64,000 nt of DNA from an uncultured delta proteobacterium. GTDB lineage: Bacteria > Myxococcota > Myxococcia > Myxococcales > Myxococcaceae. Below are positions 35,101 to 43,406 of this stretch, in pieces. The first letter of the stretch is position 1; each line of letters opens with the position of its first letter. Position numbers and translations under genes: made by a program. The notes beneath the pieces were generated by a model. That model was not told where the DNA came from. It did no database searches and was given only the letters and a program-made list of their open reading frames with translations. Location: positions 128,001 through 192,000 of the forward strand of contig CAWCKH010000004.1 in the NCBI GenBank assembly GCA_963796055.1. Reading direction: 5' to 3'.

Positions 35101-35713
35101 GATCGGCGGCCGGGGCAAGGCGCTGGAGCAGAGCTTCACCGTCAAGCGCGCCGGGGTGAAGAAGGTGCAGGCCAGCTACGCCGAGGTCTTCAAGTACAAG
35201 CGGCTGGAGTGGACCCTGGCCGCGCTCTACCGGCAGGGCTACGTGCTGGAGAGCTTCGGGGCGACAATCAACGAGACCCCGGTGCCGCCGGACGTGAAGC
35301 GGCTCGGCCCGGAGGCGGTGGCCGCCTACCAGGACCTCCTCCAGCAGCAGACCGCGGCCCTGGAGGACAAGGCGGTCGAGAGCTACGCGGCCACCCTGGA
35401 GCAGGCGCGGAAGAACCGCATCAGCAACGAGTGGACCAAGAAGACGCTCGAGGCGCTCAACCGGTACCGGCCGAAGGAGTACCCGGTCCTGAAAGATCCA
35501 AAGCCGGCCATCGCCGTTGATGTCACGTGGCCCGACGGTCTGGTCAGCACCGCGGCGGCGAAGGAGAAGGGCGAGGCCCGCCCGGCGAAGGACGTGCAGC
35601 CCGCGGCGCCCACGCCCCCCGGAGCCGCCCCCTCCGCGCCGTCCGCCCCGCCCCCGCCCCCACCGCCGGCGCCAGCAGGCCCCGGAACCCCGGTGGCCGG
35701 AGGTGGGTCGTGA
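32180..35713 (+). CDS. Large TPR protein, GltD/AgmU/NfsD-like; two compensating frameshifts (about 33546 and 34296)
   Basis: PDVMFRLAELYYE, EAWVRIGEYYF, SLYKLGWTYY, LEDKAVESY. The middle segment reads sensibly only in the frame of ORF 33693..34367. Confidence 0.85.
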   Translation: MLGHLLIALAVAASPASTSTKTKGKARAPATKKAPAPARPAEAAPPATATPEKQDVLPAQKPTLSMEGMGRTPEEQKQLDDLQQMLHAYEDESRDFKRDVQLLVEKKYEEKRSGLDASYEKAIRDLEVNERKDRLDAIAQFEEFLQRYPDEPRYTPDVMFRLAELYYERSADDHAVAMRAYEDQLKRVDPSSNTPPPPEPAVDFRPSIALYRQLLERFPKFKFNDATTYLLAYCLEKQNDFEGAQQAYHDVIDDYPKSKFVTEAWVRIGEYYFDDYDDPDALPRAAQAYEAAIKDTKSPLYDKSLYKLGWTYYRQDKFEPAVQRFLELVDYYDRTGAKRDGKATGELRGEALQYTAISFADEKWGSVEKAKATFAQMGGRPYEAEVYRRMGDVYFDQTRHTEAIASYRLALQRDPLADDAPKLQQKIVQAYERDRKLNEAFAESEAMANAYAPGTPVVREAQERPGDPRRHPGAGGEEPLRQRGLPPPAGPRPQAAGEAGSGEDDVRVRGHGLRGLPGPLPPEQGRVRGAVLRRRVSVQLAAVRQGGEELRRHPRHRRGRQVPQGGGLRRGARLEQAGGAAPRLEEAGQVPGAPEQGPARGRQAAGHPPGPGGAVAGRRHRCLPPALAERRARPRGGLPGRRAALRAQPVPGRQGALREHHPQLSEERGRQVRHQPHGGELPHRQGLAERGGGLGPAGPEHRGHRPKSELYKDLVKFKLAGRFKLADELMAQGAWDEAARKYIQLVDEEPKHEFADKALNNAAVCYEKDHRFESALKLYQRIFQEYPNSKLADAALFRVAVNQENSYDFDRAVASYEQLVKQYPASKDREAALYNAARLLEGQQKYPQAAAAYARYAELFPRAEDAPKNQYRAALVYEKQGDTRNEVKALNEFVRRFGGKANQGELVVEAHKKLGDAYAKSGNPKDARKAWETAAREFDRKGLKPDAALQGADAAAESRFMVAEQDLRDFDKLKIGGRGKALEQSFTVKRAGVKKVQASYAEVFKYKRLEWTLAALYRQGYVLESFGATINETPVPPDVKRLGPEAVAAYQDLLQQQTAALEDKAVESYAATLEQARKNRISNEWTKKTLEALNRYRPKEYPVLKDPKPAIAVDVTWPDGLVSTAAAKEKGEARPAKDVQPAAPTPPGAAPSAPSAPPPPPPPAPAGPGTPVAGGGS

Positions 35714-37053
35714 GAGGCCTGCTCCTGCCGCTGCTCGCGATCGGCGCGCTCGCCGCCTGCGGGCACGCGCCGGTCGCCGCGCCGCCCCCCCGGCCGCTCA
35801 CCACCTCCACCGCGGCCACGCCGGAGATCCAGGAGGGCGCGACCAGGGGGCAGGGCGGGCCGATCGACGCCGACACCCAGGCCGCCATCGATCGGGGCAT
35901 CGCCCAGGGCCGGAGCGGCGACCTCGACGGCGCGCGCCGGACCTTCCAGGACGTCGTCCACCGGAACCCCAACGCCGGTCCGGCGTGGGTGAACCTGGGG
36001 GTCATCGCCGAGCGCACCGGAGACCTCGCCGAGGCCGAGACCAGCTACCGCCGCGCGGCGCAGTGCACCCCGGACCCGCCCGAGTCGTGGGACTTCCTGG
36101 CGCGGCTGCTGGTCCGGACGAAGCGCGCCAGCGAGGCGGAGGCGCTGCTCCGGGGACGGGTCCAGCAGGCGCCCACCGCGCTGGGCGCCCGCAACGCGCT
36201 CACCTGGGTGCTGCTGGAGACGAATCGCCTCGCCGACGCCGAGGCCGAGGCGAAGAAGGTCCTCAAGGCCGACGAGCAGAACGTCCGGGCGATGCAGCTG
36301 CTGGCGCAAGGCTACTACCGGCAGGGGAAGTACGAGCTGTGCCGGCTGGTGCTGGAGAACGCCCGCGCGGTGGACCCGAACGATCCGGTGACCCACAACG
36401 CGCTGGGCACGGTGTTGTTGAAGCTCAAGCAGCGCGCGGCGGCGCTCGATTCGTTCAAGACCGCCGCCTCGCTCCGGCCGGACTTCGCCGAGGCGCACAG
36501 CAACTACGGGGCGATGCTGGTGGAGAGTGGCGACTACGACGGCGCGGTGAAGGAGCTCGAGCTGGCGGTGAGCGCGGCGCCGCAGCTGCTCCCCGCGCGG
36601 ATGAACCTCGGGAACGCCTACCGCGGAAAGCTCGAGCTGGTGAAGGCCCGCGAGCAATACGACAAGGTTGTCGCCCTCGATCCCACCCTGGCCGACACCT
36701 ACTACAACCTCGCCATCCTCCACCTGGACTCGGACATACCGGGGATGGACACCATCGATCGCTACAACAAGGCCATCGCCTACTTCACCACCTACAAGGA
36801 GAAGGGCGGGGCAGACGACCGGGTCGAGCAGTACCTCAAGGACGCGGCGAAGGGCATCGACCGGGAGCAGCGCCGCCGCGAACGGGAGAGGAAGGACCAG
36901 CTCCGCAAGGCGGAGAAGGAGGCGGAGGCGAAGAAGCAGGCCGAGGCCGAAGCACCGAAGGCCGCCGAGAATCCCACCCCGGCTGCTCCCGCCGCGACGC
37001 AGCCACAAACGAGCAAGAAGAAGAGCTCTCGCGGTAAGCTCAAGACCCCCTGA
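35710..37053 (+). CDS. TPR lipoprotein, GltE/AglT-like
   Basis: Lipobox LAAC; TPRs including FAEAHSNYG and MNLGNAYRG; GTGA overlap. Confidence 0.82.
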   Translation: MRGLLLPLLAIGALAACGHAPVAAPPPRPLTTSTAATPEIQEGATRGQGGPIDADTQAAIDRGIAQGRSGDLDGARRTFQDVVHRNPNAGPAWVNLGVIAERTGDLAEAETSYRRAAQCTPDPPESWDFLARLLVRTKRASEAEALLRGRVQQAPTALGARNALTWVLLETNRLADAEAEAKKVLKADEQNVRAMQLLAQGYYRQGKYELCRLVLENARAVDPNDPVTHNALGTVLLKLKQRAAALDSFKTAASLRPDFAEAHSNYGAMLVESGDYDGAVKELELAVSAAPQLLPARMNLGNAYRGKLELVKAREQYDKVVALDPTLADTYYNLAILHLDSDIPGMDTIDRYNKAIAYFTTYKEKGGADDRVEQYLKDAAKGIDREQRRRERERKDQLRKAEKEAEAKKQAEAEAPKAAENPTPAAPAATQPQTSKKKSSRGKLKTP

Positions 37054-37391
37054 TGCGCCCTGCCCTCCCAGCGCTCGTGGCCTGCGCGGCGCTCGCCGCG
37101 GCCGCGCCCTCCCTCGGCCAGCCGGATGTCTCGGCCGCGCAGAAGGAGGCCGAACGCGCCGCCGCGGCGGCGAACAAGGCCCGGGCGGACGTGCGGGCAG
37201 CGGCCAGACCCGCGGGGCGCTCCGGGGGCAAGAAGGTCATCAAGCTCGACACCCTCACCGTCGAGGGCCGTATCCAGAAACCGGAAGCGTTCTACGTGCT
37301 TCCCCGCTCCAACCTGAACTTCGACGAGCTGCAGAAGTCGGAGAGCTTCGTGCCGAAGATCGAGAAGAGCGCGCAGAAGGATCCGTTCTAG
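37053..37391 (+). CDS. Small exported protein, GltF/CglF-like
   Basis: VIKLDTLTVEGRIQKPEAFYVLPRS...SFVPKI motif; TGATG overlap. Confidence 0.78.
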   Translation: MRPALPALVACAALAAAAPSLGQPDVSAAQKEAERAAAAANKARADVRAAARPAGRSGGKKVIKLDTLTVEGRIQKPEAFYVLPRSNLNFDELQKSESFVPKIEKSAQKDPF

Positions 37392-37414
37392 CCGTGAGAG
37401 CACGCGCCCTGCCC

Positions 37415-38734
37415 ATGTCCAAGCCTGCCTCGAGCAGCGCCAAGATCCTCCGCGTGGGGGTGATCCGCGACGGGAAGATCATCGAAGAGCGCCAGATCCG
37501 GAACCCGTCCGCGGTCACCGTGGGGCAGGACGGGACCAACACCTTCGTCATCCCGGCCAGCGAGCTGCCCGCCAGCTTCCCGGTCTTCGAGCACAAGGGC
37601 GGGCAGTACACCCTGCTCTTCACCGACCGGATGAACGGCCGGGTGCGGAACAAGGCCGGCGACCTCGACTTCGCCGGCCTGAAGACCAAGGGCCTGGTGC
37701 AGCGGCGGGGCAACGTCTGGGCGCTGCCGCTCGAGGAGTCGGCGCGGGGCAAGGTGTCGCTGGGCGAGGTGACGCTGCTCTTCCAGTTCGTCAGCCCCCC
37801 GCCGGAGCCGGCGCGGATCGAGCTGCCCCCCGAGGTGCGGGGAACGGTGTGGCGGAGCATCGACCACCTGTTCTTCGGCATCCTCGCCGCCTCGCTCTTC
37901 CTCCACTTCGCCGGGGCGGCGTGCATCATGCTCAGCCCCAAGCCGCCCGACGCCGATCTGGCACTGGACGAGCTACCCGACCGCTTCGCCCGGGTGCTGC
38001 TGCCGCCCAAGCCGGCCGAGCCCGAGCAGCCCAAGGCCCCGGAGCAGACCGCGCAGACCGAGGACAAGAAGGACGTCAAGAAGGACGTGAAGAAGAAGGA
38101 GCTCCCGGCCGACGCCACCGCGCGCAAGGCGGTGCTCCAGCAGAAGGTGGCCGGCAAGGGCCTCCTCAAGATTCTCGGCTCGGCCGGCGGCAACGGCGCC
38201 CTGTCCGACGTGCTCGGCAGCGGCACCGGCTCGGGAGACGTGGCCTCGGCCCTGGCCGGCGCGCGCGGGGTGAGCATCGCCGACGCCGACTCGGTGGGCG
38301 CCCGCGCCGGTGGGGGCGCCGGACGCACCGCGGGCATCGGCGACGTCGGGACTGCCGGGGGTGGCAAGGTGGCGCTGGCCGGCAAGGGCGACGCGACCGT
38401 CTCGGGGCGCGTGTCGGCGGCGTCTCCGGAAGTGGACTCCGCGGACGTGGACCGGGCCGCGCTCTCCCGCTACATCCGCGACCGCCTCAACGCCATCCGC
38501 GGCTGCTACGAGCGGGAGCTGAAGCGGAACCCTGGCCTGAAGGGCAAGGTGGTGGTGCGCTTCAACATCACCCCGGCAGGCCGCGCCGGCGACGTCCGGA
38601 TCGAAGAGAACACCCTGGGGAGCGGCGAGGTCGCCAGCTGCATCCAGAGCCTGATGCGCAGCTGGATCTTCCCCTTCAAGCCGCCCGACGAGGTCCCGGT
38701 GCAGTACCCGTTCCTCTTCACCTCGGCCGGTTAG
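37415..38734 (+). CDS. GltG/PglI-like protein with TonB-C-like (AgmX/PglI) C-terminal domain
   Basis: N-terminal beta domain, TM segment with SLFLH (SxxxH motor-coupling motif), Gly-rich linker, IRGCYERELKRNPGLKGKV...VQYPFLF. Confidence 0.88.
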   Translation: MSKPASSSAKILRVGVIRDGKIIEERQIRNPSAVTVGQDGTNTFVIPASELPASFPVFEHKGGQYTLLFTDRMNGRVRNKAGDLDFAGLKTKGLVQRRGNVWALPLEESARGKVSLGEVTLLFQFVSPPPEPARIELPPEVRGTVWRSIDHLFFGILAASLFLHFAGAACIMLSPKPPDADLALDELPDRFARVLLPPKPAEPEQPKAPEQTAQTEDKKDVKKDVKKKELPADATARKAVLQQKVAGKGLLKILGSAGGNGALSDVLGSGTGSGDVASALAGARGVSIADADSVGARAGGGAGRTAGIGDVGTAGGGKVALAGKGDATVSGRVSAASPEVDSADVDRAALSRYIRDRLNAIRGCYERELKRNPGLKGKVVVRFNITPAGRAGDVRIEENTLGSGEVASCIQSLMRSWIFPFKPPDEVPVQYPFLFTSAG

Positions 38735-38765
38735 CGGATGCCCCCAGGATGCACGTTCGGCCAGT

Positions 38766-38795
38766 TTGACACCCTCCGCCAGGGCTCCCTACGCT
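38766..38795 (+). promoter_or_regulatory. Putative sigma70 promoter, probably giving a leaderless transcript
   Basis: TTGACA-N18-TACGCT ending 8 nt before ATG 38804. Confidence 0.5.
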
Positions 38796-38803
38796 CCTTC
38801 AGG

Positions 38804-39370
38804 ATGCGACCGTCCGTCCGCCTGCAGCTCCTTGCTGCGCTGGCCCTGCTCTGGGCCGGTCCATCGCACGCGCAGGGTCCGACCAAGCCGGCCACACCCC
38901 CACCCACCCTGGAGCGGGCGGCCGACATCCCGGACCCGGAGAAGCTCTCCCGGTCCAGCGCCGCGGTGAGCCGAATGCGCTCGGTGCTGAGCGAGGTGCT
39001 CGGCCGGCTGGAGGAGGCACGGGCCACCAAAGACGTGGTGAAGCTCAACTGCGTCAACGAGAAGCTGACCCAGGTGAAGGGCCTGCTGCGCATCTCGGAG
39101 CAGTCCGACGTGGCCCTTCAGGAGGCCGTCTCGAAGAAGGACGCGACGGCGGCCGAGCACGAGTACTCGAAGGTCAGCATCGCCAAGAACAAGGTCGACC
39201 AGCTGCGGAACGAGGCCGAGCAGTGCATCGGGCAGCTCGCGTTCCGCACGGACGAAAACCTGACGGTGGAGGTGGAAGTCCCAAGCGGGTTGCCGACAGA
39301 GGACCCGACGAACCCGCCAGACGCGCCGGTGCCGTCGAACCGTCCGCCCCCGGCGAGCCCGATTCTGTAG
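38804..39370 (+). CDS. Exported helical hypothetical protein
   Basis: Signal peptide; KDVVKLNCVNEKL...EAEQCIG Cys pair. Confidence 0.8.
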   Translation: MRPSVRLQLLAALALLWAGPSHAQGPTKPATPPPTLERAADIPDPEKLSRSSAAVSRMRSVLSEVLGRLEEARATKDVVKLNCVNEKLTQVKGLLRISEQSDVALQEAVSKKDATAAEHEYSKVSIAKNKVDQLRNEAEQCIGQLAFRTDENLTVEVEVPSGLPTEDPTNPPDAPVPSNRPPPASPIL

Positions 39371-39522
39371 TCGAGGGGCGTGGACCCCAGGCGGTGACGG
39401 CGCCCGCTCGTTCACCCCTCGAATCCTGGAGCGAGCGCGCGCTTGCGTGCTATGACGCACGACGGCTTCCGTCCTGATTGGAGCGGACTCTGCACTGGGG
39501 AGGACCGGAGCGGTTCAGACGG

Positions 39523-40803
39523 ATGTCGCCGCACGCCGCCCGCCTTCTTCTGCTCGGCGCGCTCGTCGCGGCGGTTTCGGCGCGCGCGCAGACGACCAGC
39601 GTCTCCACCACCGCCCTCGGCGAGAACAACGGCATCCACTTCGGGCCGGCCCGGTTGCACCCGTACTTCGACCTCGAGTTCCGGTACGACTCGGCGGCCC
39701 TCTACCTTCCGACCGACCCCAACGACCCGGCCAGCCCCGCCGAGCTGAAGCCGGAGATCCTGATGCACTTCCGGCCGGGCTTCCGGCTGGACGCTCCGGG
39801 AACGGATGTCACCTTCGGGCTGAACGGCTACTACGACTATGTCTGGTACACCGGGTGGATCACCGACGGCTCGAGCTCGGCCTCCCGCAGCGAGGCGGGC
39901 GCGAACATGCACGCAGAGATCAACCGCGAGGGCGCGGTCGAGCTCGACGTGGCCGACACCTTCGCCCGGAGCGACCGGCCCCGCGACATCGGCGTCGGGG
40001 TGGCGGTGATCTCCCTCTACAACCAGCTGCGGCTGACCACGCCCATCCACCCCGGCGGGCGCGCCTTCGAGGTGCGGCCCCACGGCGACTACACGGTGGA
40101 GTTCTTCGGTGCGTACAGCGGTATCCCGGCGGGCATCGGGCCCTGCCCCCCGGGCACCTGCCCTTCGAATCCGAGCGACCCCGGGGTCAACGACTACCAG
40201 AACTACGCCGGCGGCGTGGACATCCACTGGAAGTTCCTGCCCCAGACGGCGCTGGTCTTCGAGTCGAACTTCGAGGGCCGGAGCTACTTCCACCCCGACG
40301 CCTCGGTGGTGCCCCCGGGCAAGATCCTCAAGCTGCTCGCCGGTGCGCAGGGTCTCGTCACCCCGAAGATCCAGGCGATCCTCAAGGCGGGCTATGCGAT
40401 CGGCTTCGACGGGGCCGCCTCGACCTTCATCGGCCGGGCGGAGATGACCTGGACCCCGAACGAGACCAGCGCCATCACTCCTGGCGTGCTCCGCGACGTG
40501 AACAACGCGGTGGGCTCGGCCAGCACCACCGACCTCCGAGCGTACCTGAACACCAAGACCTTCCTCACCGGCCGGCTCGGTCTGCACGGCAACTTCGCCT
40601 ACGACTTCCTCTCCTTCACCCAGGGGCGCGGCCAGAACGATCAGATTTTCAGCCTGGACCTCGGCCTCGACTACGCGATCGCCCGCTGGTTCATCGTCGC
40701 GGCCGGCTACGTGTTCTCCAAGCGGACGTCGGACTACGAGGCGGCGCAGCCGTTGAACTACACTCGGAACGAGGTTTACTTGCGCCTCACCTTCACCTAC
40801 TGA
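39523..40803 (+). CDS. Outer-membrane beta-barrel, Wzp (EpsX/ExoB/WzpB)-like polysaccharide secretion porin
   Basis: Signal peptide, amphipathic strands, C-terminal beta-signal YLRLTFTY; adjacent to an OPX gene. Confidence 0.78.
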   Translation: MSPHAARLLLLGALVAAVSARAQTTSVSTTALGENNGIHFGPARLHPYFDLEFRYDSAALYLPTDPNDPASPAELKPEILMHFRPGFRLDAPGTDVTFGLNGYYDYVWYTGWITDGSSSASRSEAGANMHAEINREGAVELDVADTFARSDRPRDIGVGVAVISLYNQLRLTTPIHPGGRAFEVRPHGDYTVEFFGAYSGIPAGIGPCPPGTCPSNPSDPGVNDYQNYAGGVDIHWKFLPQTALVFESNFEGRSYFHPDASVVPPGKILKLLAGAQGLVTPKIQAILKAGYAIGFDGAASTFIGRAEMTWTPNETSAITPGVLRDVNNAVGSASTTDLRAYLNTKTFLTGRLGLHGNFAYDFLSFTQGRGQNDQIFSLDLGLDYAIARWFIVAAGYVFSKRTSDYEAAQPLNYTRNEVYLRLTFTY

Positions 40804-40817
40804 GCGCCGCAGCCTTC

Positions 40818-41442
40818 GTGCCCAGCAACCGTCTCCTCTCCATCCTCCTCTGCGCGGCCGTGCTCTCTGCCGGCTGCAAGGGCCCGCGCGGCTCCGGCGG
40901 CGCCACCCTGCGGGCCGACGAGGTCTCGCAGGCGCCGGCCCCGGCCTCGACCTCCACCACGCTCGGGCCCGGGGATCTCGATCGAGGTCCGGGTCTTCGA
41001 GGAGGCGGACCTCTCCGGCCCGTACCGGGTGGCCCCGGGCGGTACCATCGACTTTCCGCTGTGCGGGAAGGTCCGGGTGGAGGGGCTGAACACCTCGGCC
41101 ACCTCGGATGCGCTGACCCGGTGTCTGGGGGAGAAGTACCTGAAGCACCCCCAGGTCACGGTGCTGCTGCGCGAGTACAACAGCAAGAAGATCTTCGTCT
41201 TCGGCGAGGTCCAGAAGCCCGGCACGTTCCCCTACGAGGAGGACATGTCGATCATCCAGGCGATCACCATGGCCGGGGGATTCACCAAGGTGGCGAGCAA
41301 GAACGACATCGCGGTGACCCGTCAGGTGGAGGGGCGGGAGACGAAGATCCGGGTGCCGGTGGCGGACATCGGCACCGGGCGGGAGAGGAACTTCCGGCTC
41401 CAGCCCGGGGACATCGTCTTCGTCCCGGAGAGCATCTTCTAG
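40818..41442 (+). CDS. wza: Short OPX/Wza-family polysaccharide export lipoprotein, frameshift near 40980
   Basis: Lipobox SAGC; LGPGD(L)[40 protein letters not shown]; no C-terminal outer-membrane helix. Confidence 0.88.
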
Positions 41443-41502
41443 GACGCTGCCGGGCCGAGGAGCGGGCAGCGGAGCGTCGGCGGTGCTACGAGTGCCTTCG
41501 CC

Positions 41503-41886
41503 ATGCGCTCGCGCCCCGACGTCGACGTGGTCCTGAAGCGATTCGCCCAGCCGGACGAGGTCCGGAAGATGGTGAAGGGCCGGTTCGAGCTGGTCCGGAT
41601 CGGCGGGATGACCATCGGCCGGGCGACCTACGAGCCGGGCTGGAAGTGGTCCGAGCACGTGGGACCCACGCTGGGGCAGACCCGGTGCACGGTGGAGCAC
41701 GTGGGGCTGGTGCTGTCGGGCGTTGCAACCGCGGCCTTCGACGACGGGCACGTGGTGGAGCTCCGCGCCGGCGATCTGTTCCACATCCCGGCCGTGCCGC
41801 ACGACTCGTGGGTGGTGGGGGACGTGCCGTACGTCTCGCTGCACTTCCTCGGGGCCGAGCACTACGCCGCCCCGGCCGGAGGGTGA
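41503..41886 (+). CDS. Cupin domain protein
   Basis: YEPGWKWSEHV, HVGLVLSG, PHDSWVVGD. Confidence 0.85.
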   Translation: MRSRPDVDVVLKRFAQPDEVRKMVKGRFELVRIGGMTIGRATYEPGWKWSEHVGPTLGQTRCTVEHVGLVLSGVATAAFDDGHVVELRAGDLFHIPAVPHDSWVVGDVPYVSLHFLGAEHYAAPAGG

Positions 41887-41890
41887 GCCC

Positions 41891-42604
41891 ATGGAGATCG
41901 CAGCAGAGCGTGCACGGCGGCGCTTTCTGAAGGACGCGGTGGGGGTGGGAGGCGCGGTCCTCGCCGCCGCGGCGCTGCTCCCGGCGATCGCCGCGGAGCA
42001 GAAGGAAGAGGAGGAGGAGGTCTCTCCCACCGAGGATTTGATGCGTGAGCACGGCGTGCTCCGGCGCATCCTGCTGGTCTACGGCGAGGTGATTCGCCGC
42101 GTGGACGCCGGACAGCCGGTGAGCGCCGAGCCGGTCGCAAAGGCGGCGACGATCATCCGCGCCTTCATCGAGGACTACCACGAGAAGGACGAGGAGGAGT
42201 TCATCTTCCCCCGCTTCCGCAAGGCCGGAACGCTGACCGGGCTGGTCGACGTGCTGCTTCAGCAGCATCAGGCCGGACGGACGCTGACCGCGAGCATCCA
42301 GCGTCTCGCGAACCCGGCGGCGCTCGGGAAGGCCTCCTCCCGGACGGAGATGGCCGGGGCGATGCGCCATTTCATCCGGATGTACGAGCCGCACGCTGCC
42401 CGGGAGGACACGGTGCTCTTTCCCGCCTTTGCCCGGCTGGTCAGCGAGAAGGAGCTGCGGGCGCTGATGGAGACCTTCGAGCAGAAGGAGAAGGCGCTCC
42501 CGCTGGGTGACTTCGAGAAGATGGTCGCCGACGTCGGGGCGATCGAGAAGGCATTCGGGATCGACGACCTGGCCCGCTTCACCCCGAAGGTCGCGAAGCC
42601 CTGA
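41891..42604 (+). CDS. Hemerythrin-like protein with Tat signal
   Basis: RRRFLK signal; MREHG, YHEKDEEE, QHQAGR, PHAARED. Confidence 0.88.
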   Translation: MEIAAERARRRFLKDAVGVGGAVLAAAALLPAIAAEQKEEEEEVSPTEDLMREHGVLRRILLVYGEVIRRVDAGQPVSAEPVAKAATIIRAFIEDYHEKDEEEFIFPRFRKAGTLTGLVDVLLQQHQAGRTLTASIQRLANPAALGKASSRTEMAGAMRHFIRMYEPHAAREDTVLFPAFARLVSEKELRALMETFEQKEKALPLGDFEKMVADVGAIEKAFGIDDLARFTPKVAKP

Positions 42605-42605
42605 C

Positions 42606-42779
42606 TCAGCGCACGAGCCCGACACCCGTCAGGAAGGTCACGAGCGCCACCAGGGCAGCCCCGGTGTAGAGCAGCACCTTGAACCCGGGCGGGAACGCCA
42701 CCCCGAAGAAGCCCCCGGACACGCAGATGGCCGCGAGCGGCGCGCCGATGCCAGCGATCATTCGCGCGGCTGCGGACAT
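42606..42779 (-). CDS. Small two-TM membrane protein (57 aa)
   Basis: MSAAARMIAGIGAPLAAICVSGGFFGVAFPPGFKVLLYTGAALVALVTFLTGVGLVR; GGAGG 6 nt upstream; strong GC3 bias. Confidence 0.55.
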   Translation of the reverse strand: MSAAARMIAGIGAPLAAICVSGGFFGVAFPPGFKVLLYTGAALVALVTFLTGVGLVR

Positions 42780-43249
42780 TCGACGCCTCCCGGAAGGTTC
42801 ACACGGCCCGGCCGGCGATCGAGCTTCCAGCTGTATCTCCCCGTCCCGCTGAGCGACTGGTAACTCGCGGTGGCGACGAAGACATGCTCACCATCGGGGT
42901 ACGCGGACGTGTCCCAGTAGAAGTTGCACAGAGGCAGCGCACAAGGAACGGGCACTCCGTCGAGTGTCAGCGAGAGGTGGTCGGGAACCACGGACTCCAG
43001 GTACGTGCTGGATGATTCGGCGCCGTAGGGGTCCGGGCCCGATCGCAGGTCCGTGTAGTTGACGGTCGTGGCGTGGGCCACCTTCACCTGGATGAGCTGG
43101 GGATCGTTCTGGTGCGCCGGATTCGAGCTACCGACCGTGACCTCGAGGGATTCGGAGACATCGGAGGAGGACGTGCACGAGGATCCGACCACCAGCGTGA
43201 AGGCCAGCACCACGCGTGTGCCCCGGAATCTGGTCGTCGCTCGGCTCAT
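42758..43249 (-). CDS. Putative lipoprotein with an Ig-like segment
   Basis: Hydrophobic signal ending VGSSC; FYWDTSAYPDGEHVFVATA resembles bacterial Ig-like repeats. Confidence 0.55.
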   Translation of the reverse strand: MSRATTRFRGTRVVLAFTLVVGSSCTSSSDVSESLEVTVGSSNPAHQNDPQLIQVKVAHATTVNYTDLRSGPDPYGAESSSTYLESVVPDHLSLTLDGVPVPCALPLCNFYWDTSAYPDGEHVFVATASYQSLSGTGRYSWKLDRRPGRVNLPGGVECPQPRE

Positions 43250-43406
43250 GAGACACCCCCCGACGCTCCGACTGCGATCTCCGTGCCGGCGCTCTCCGCG
43301 CGGTGGGCCTGAAGAGGCTGGCCTGGAGTCCCCGACTGCGCCCTCGGTGCAGCACGGTCTGCACAGATGTGCACCCAATTGCACGGGTGCGGCGGACGGG
43401 CCCGCT

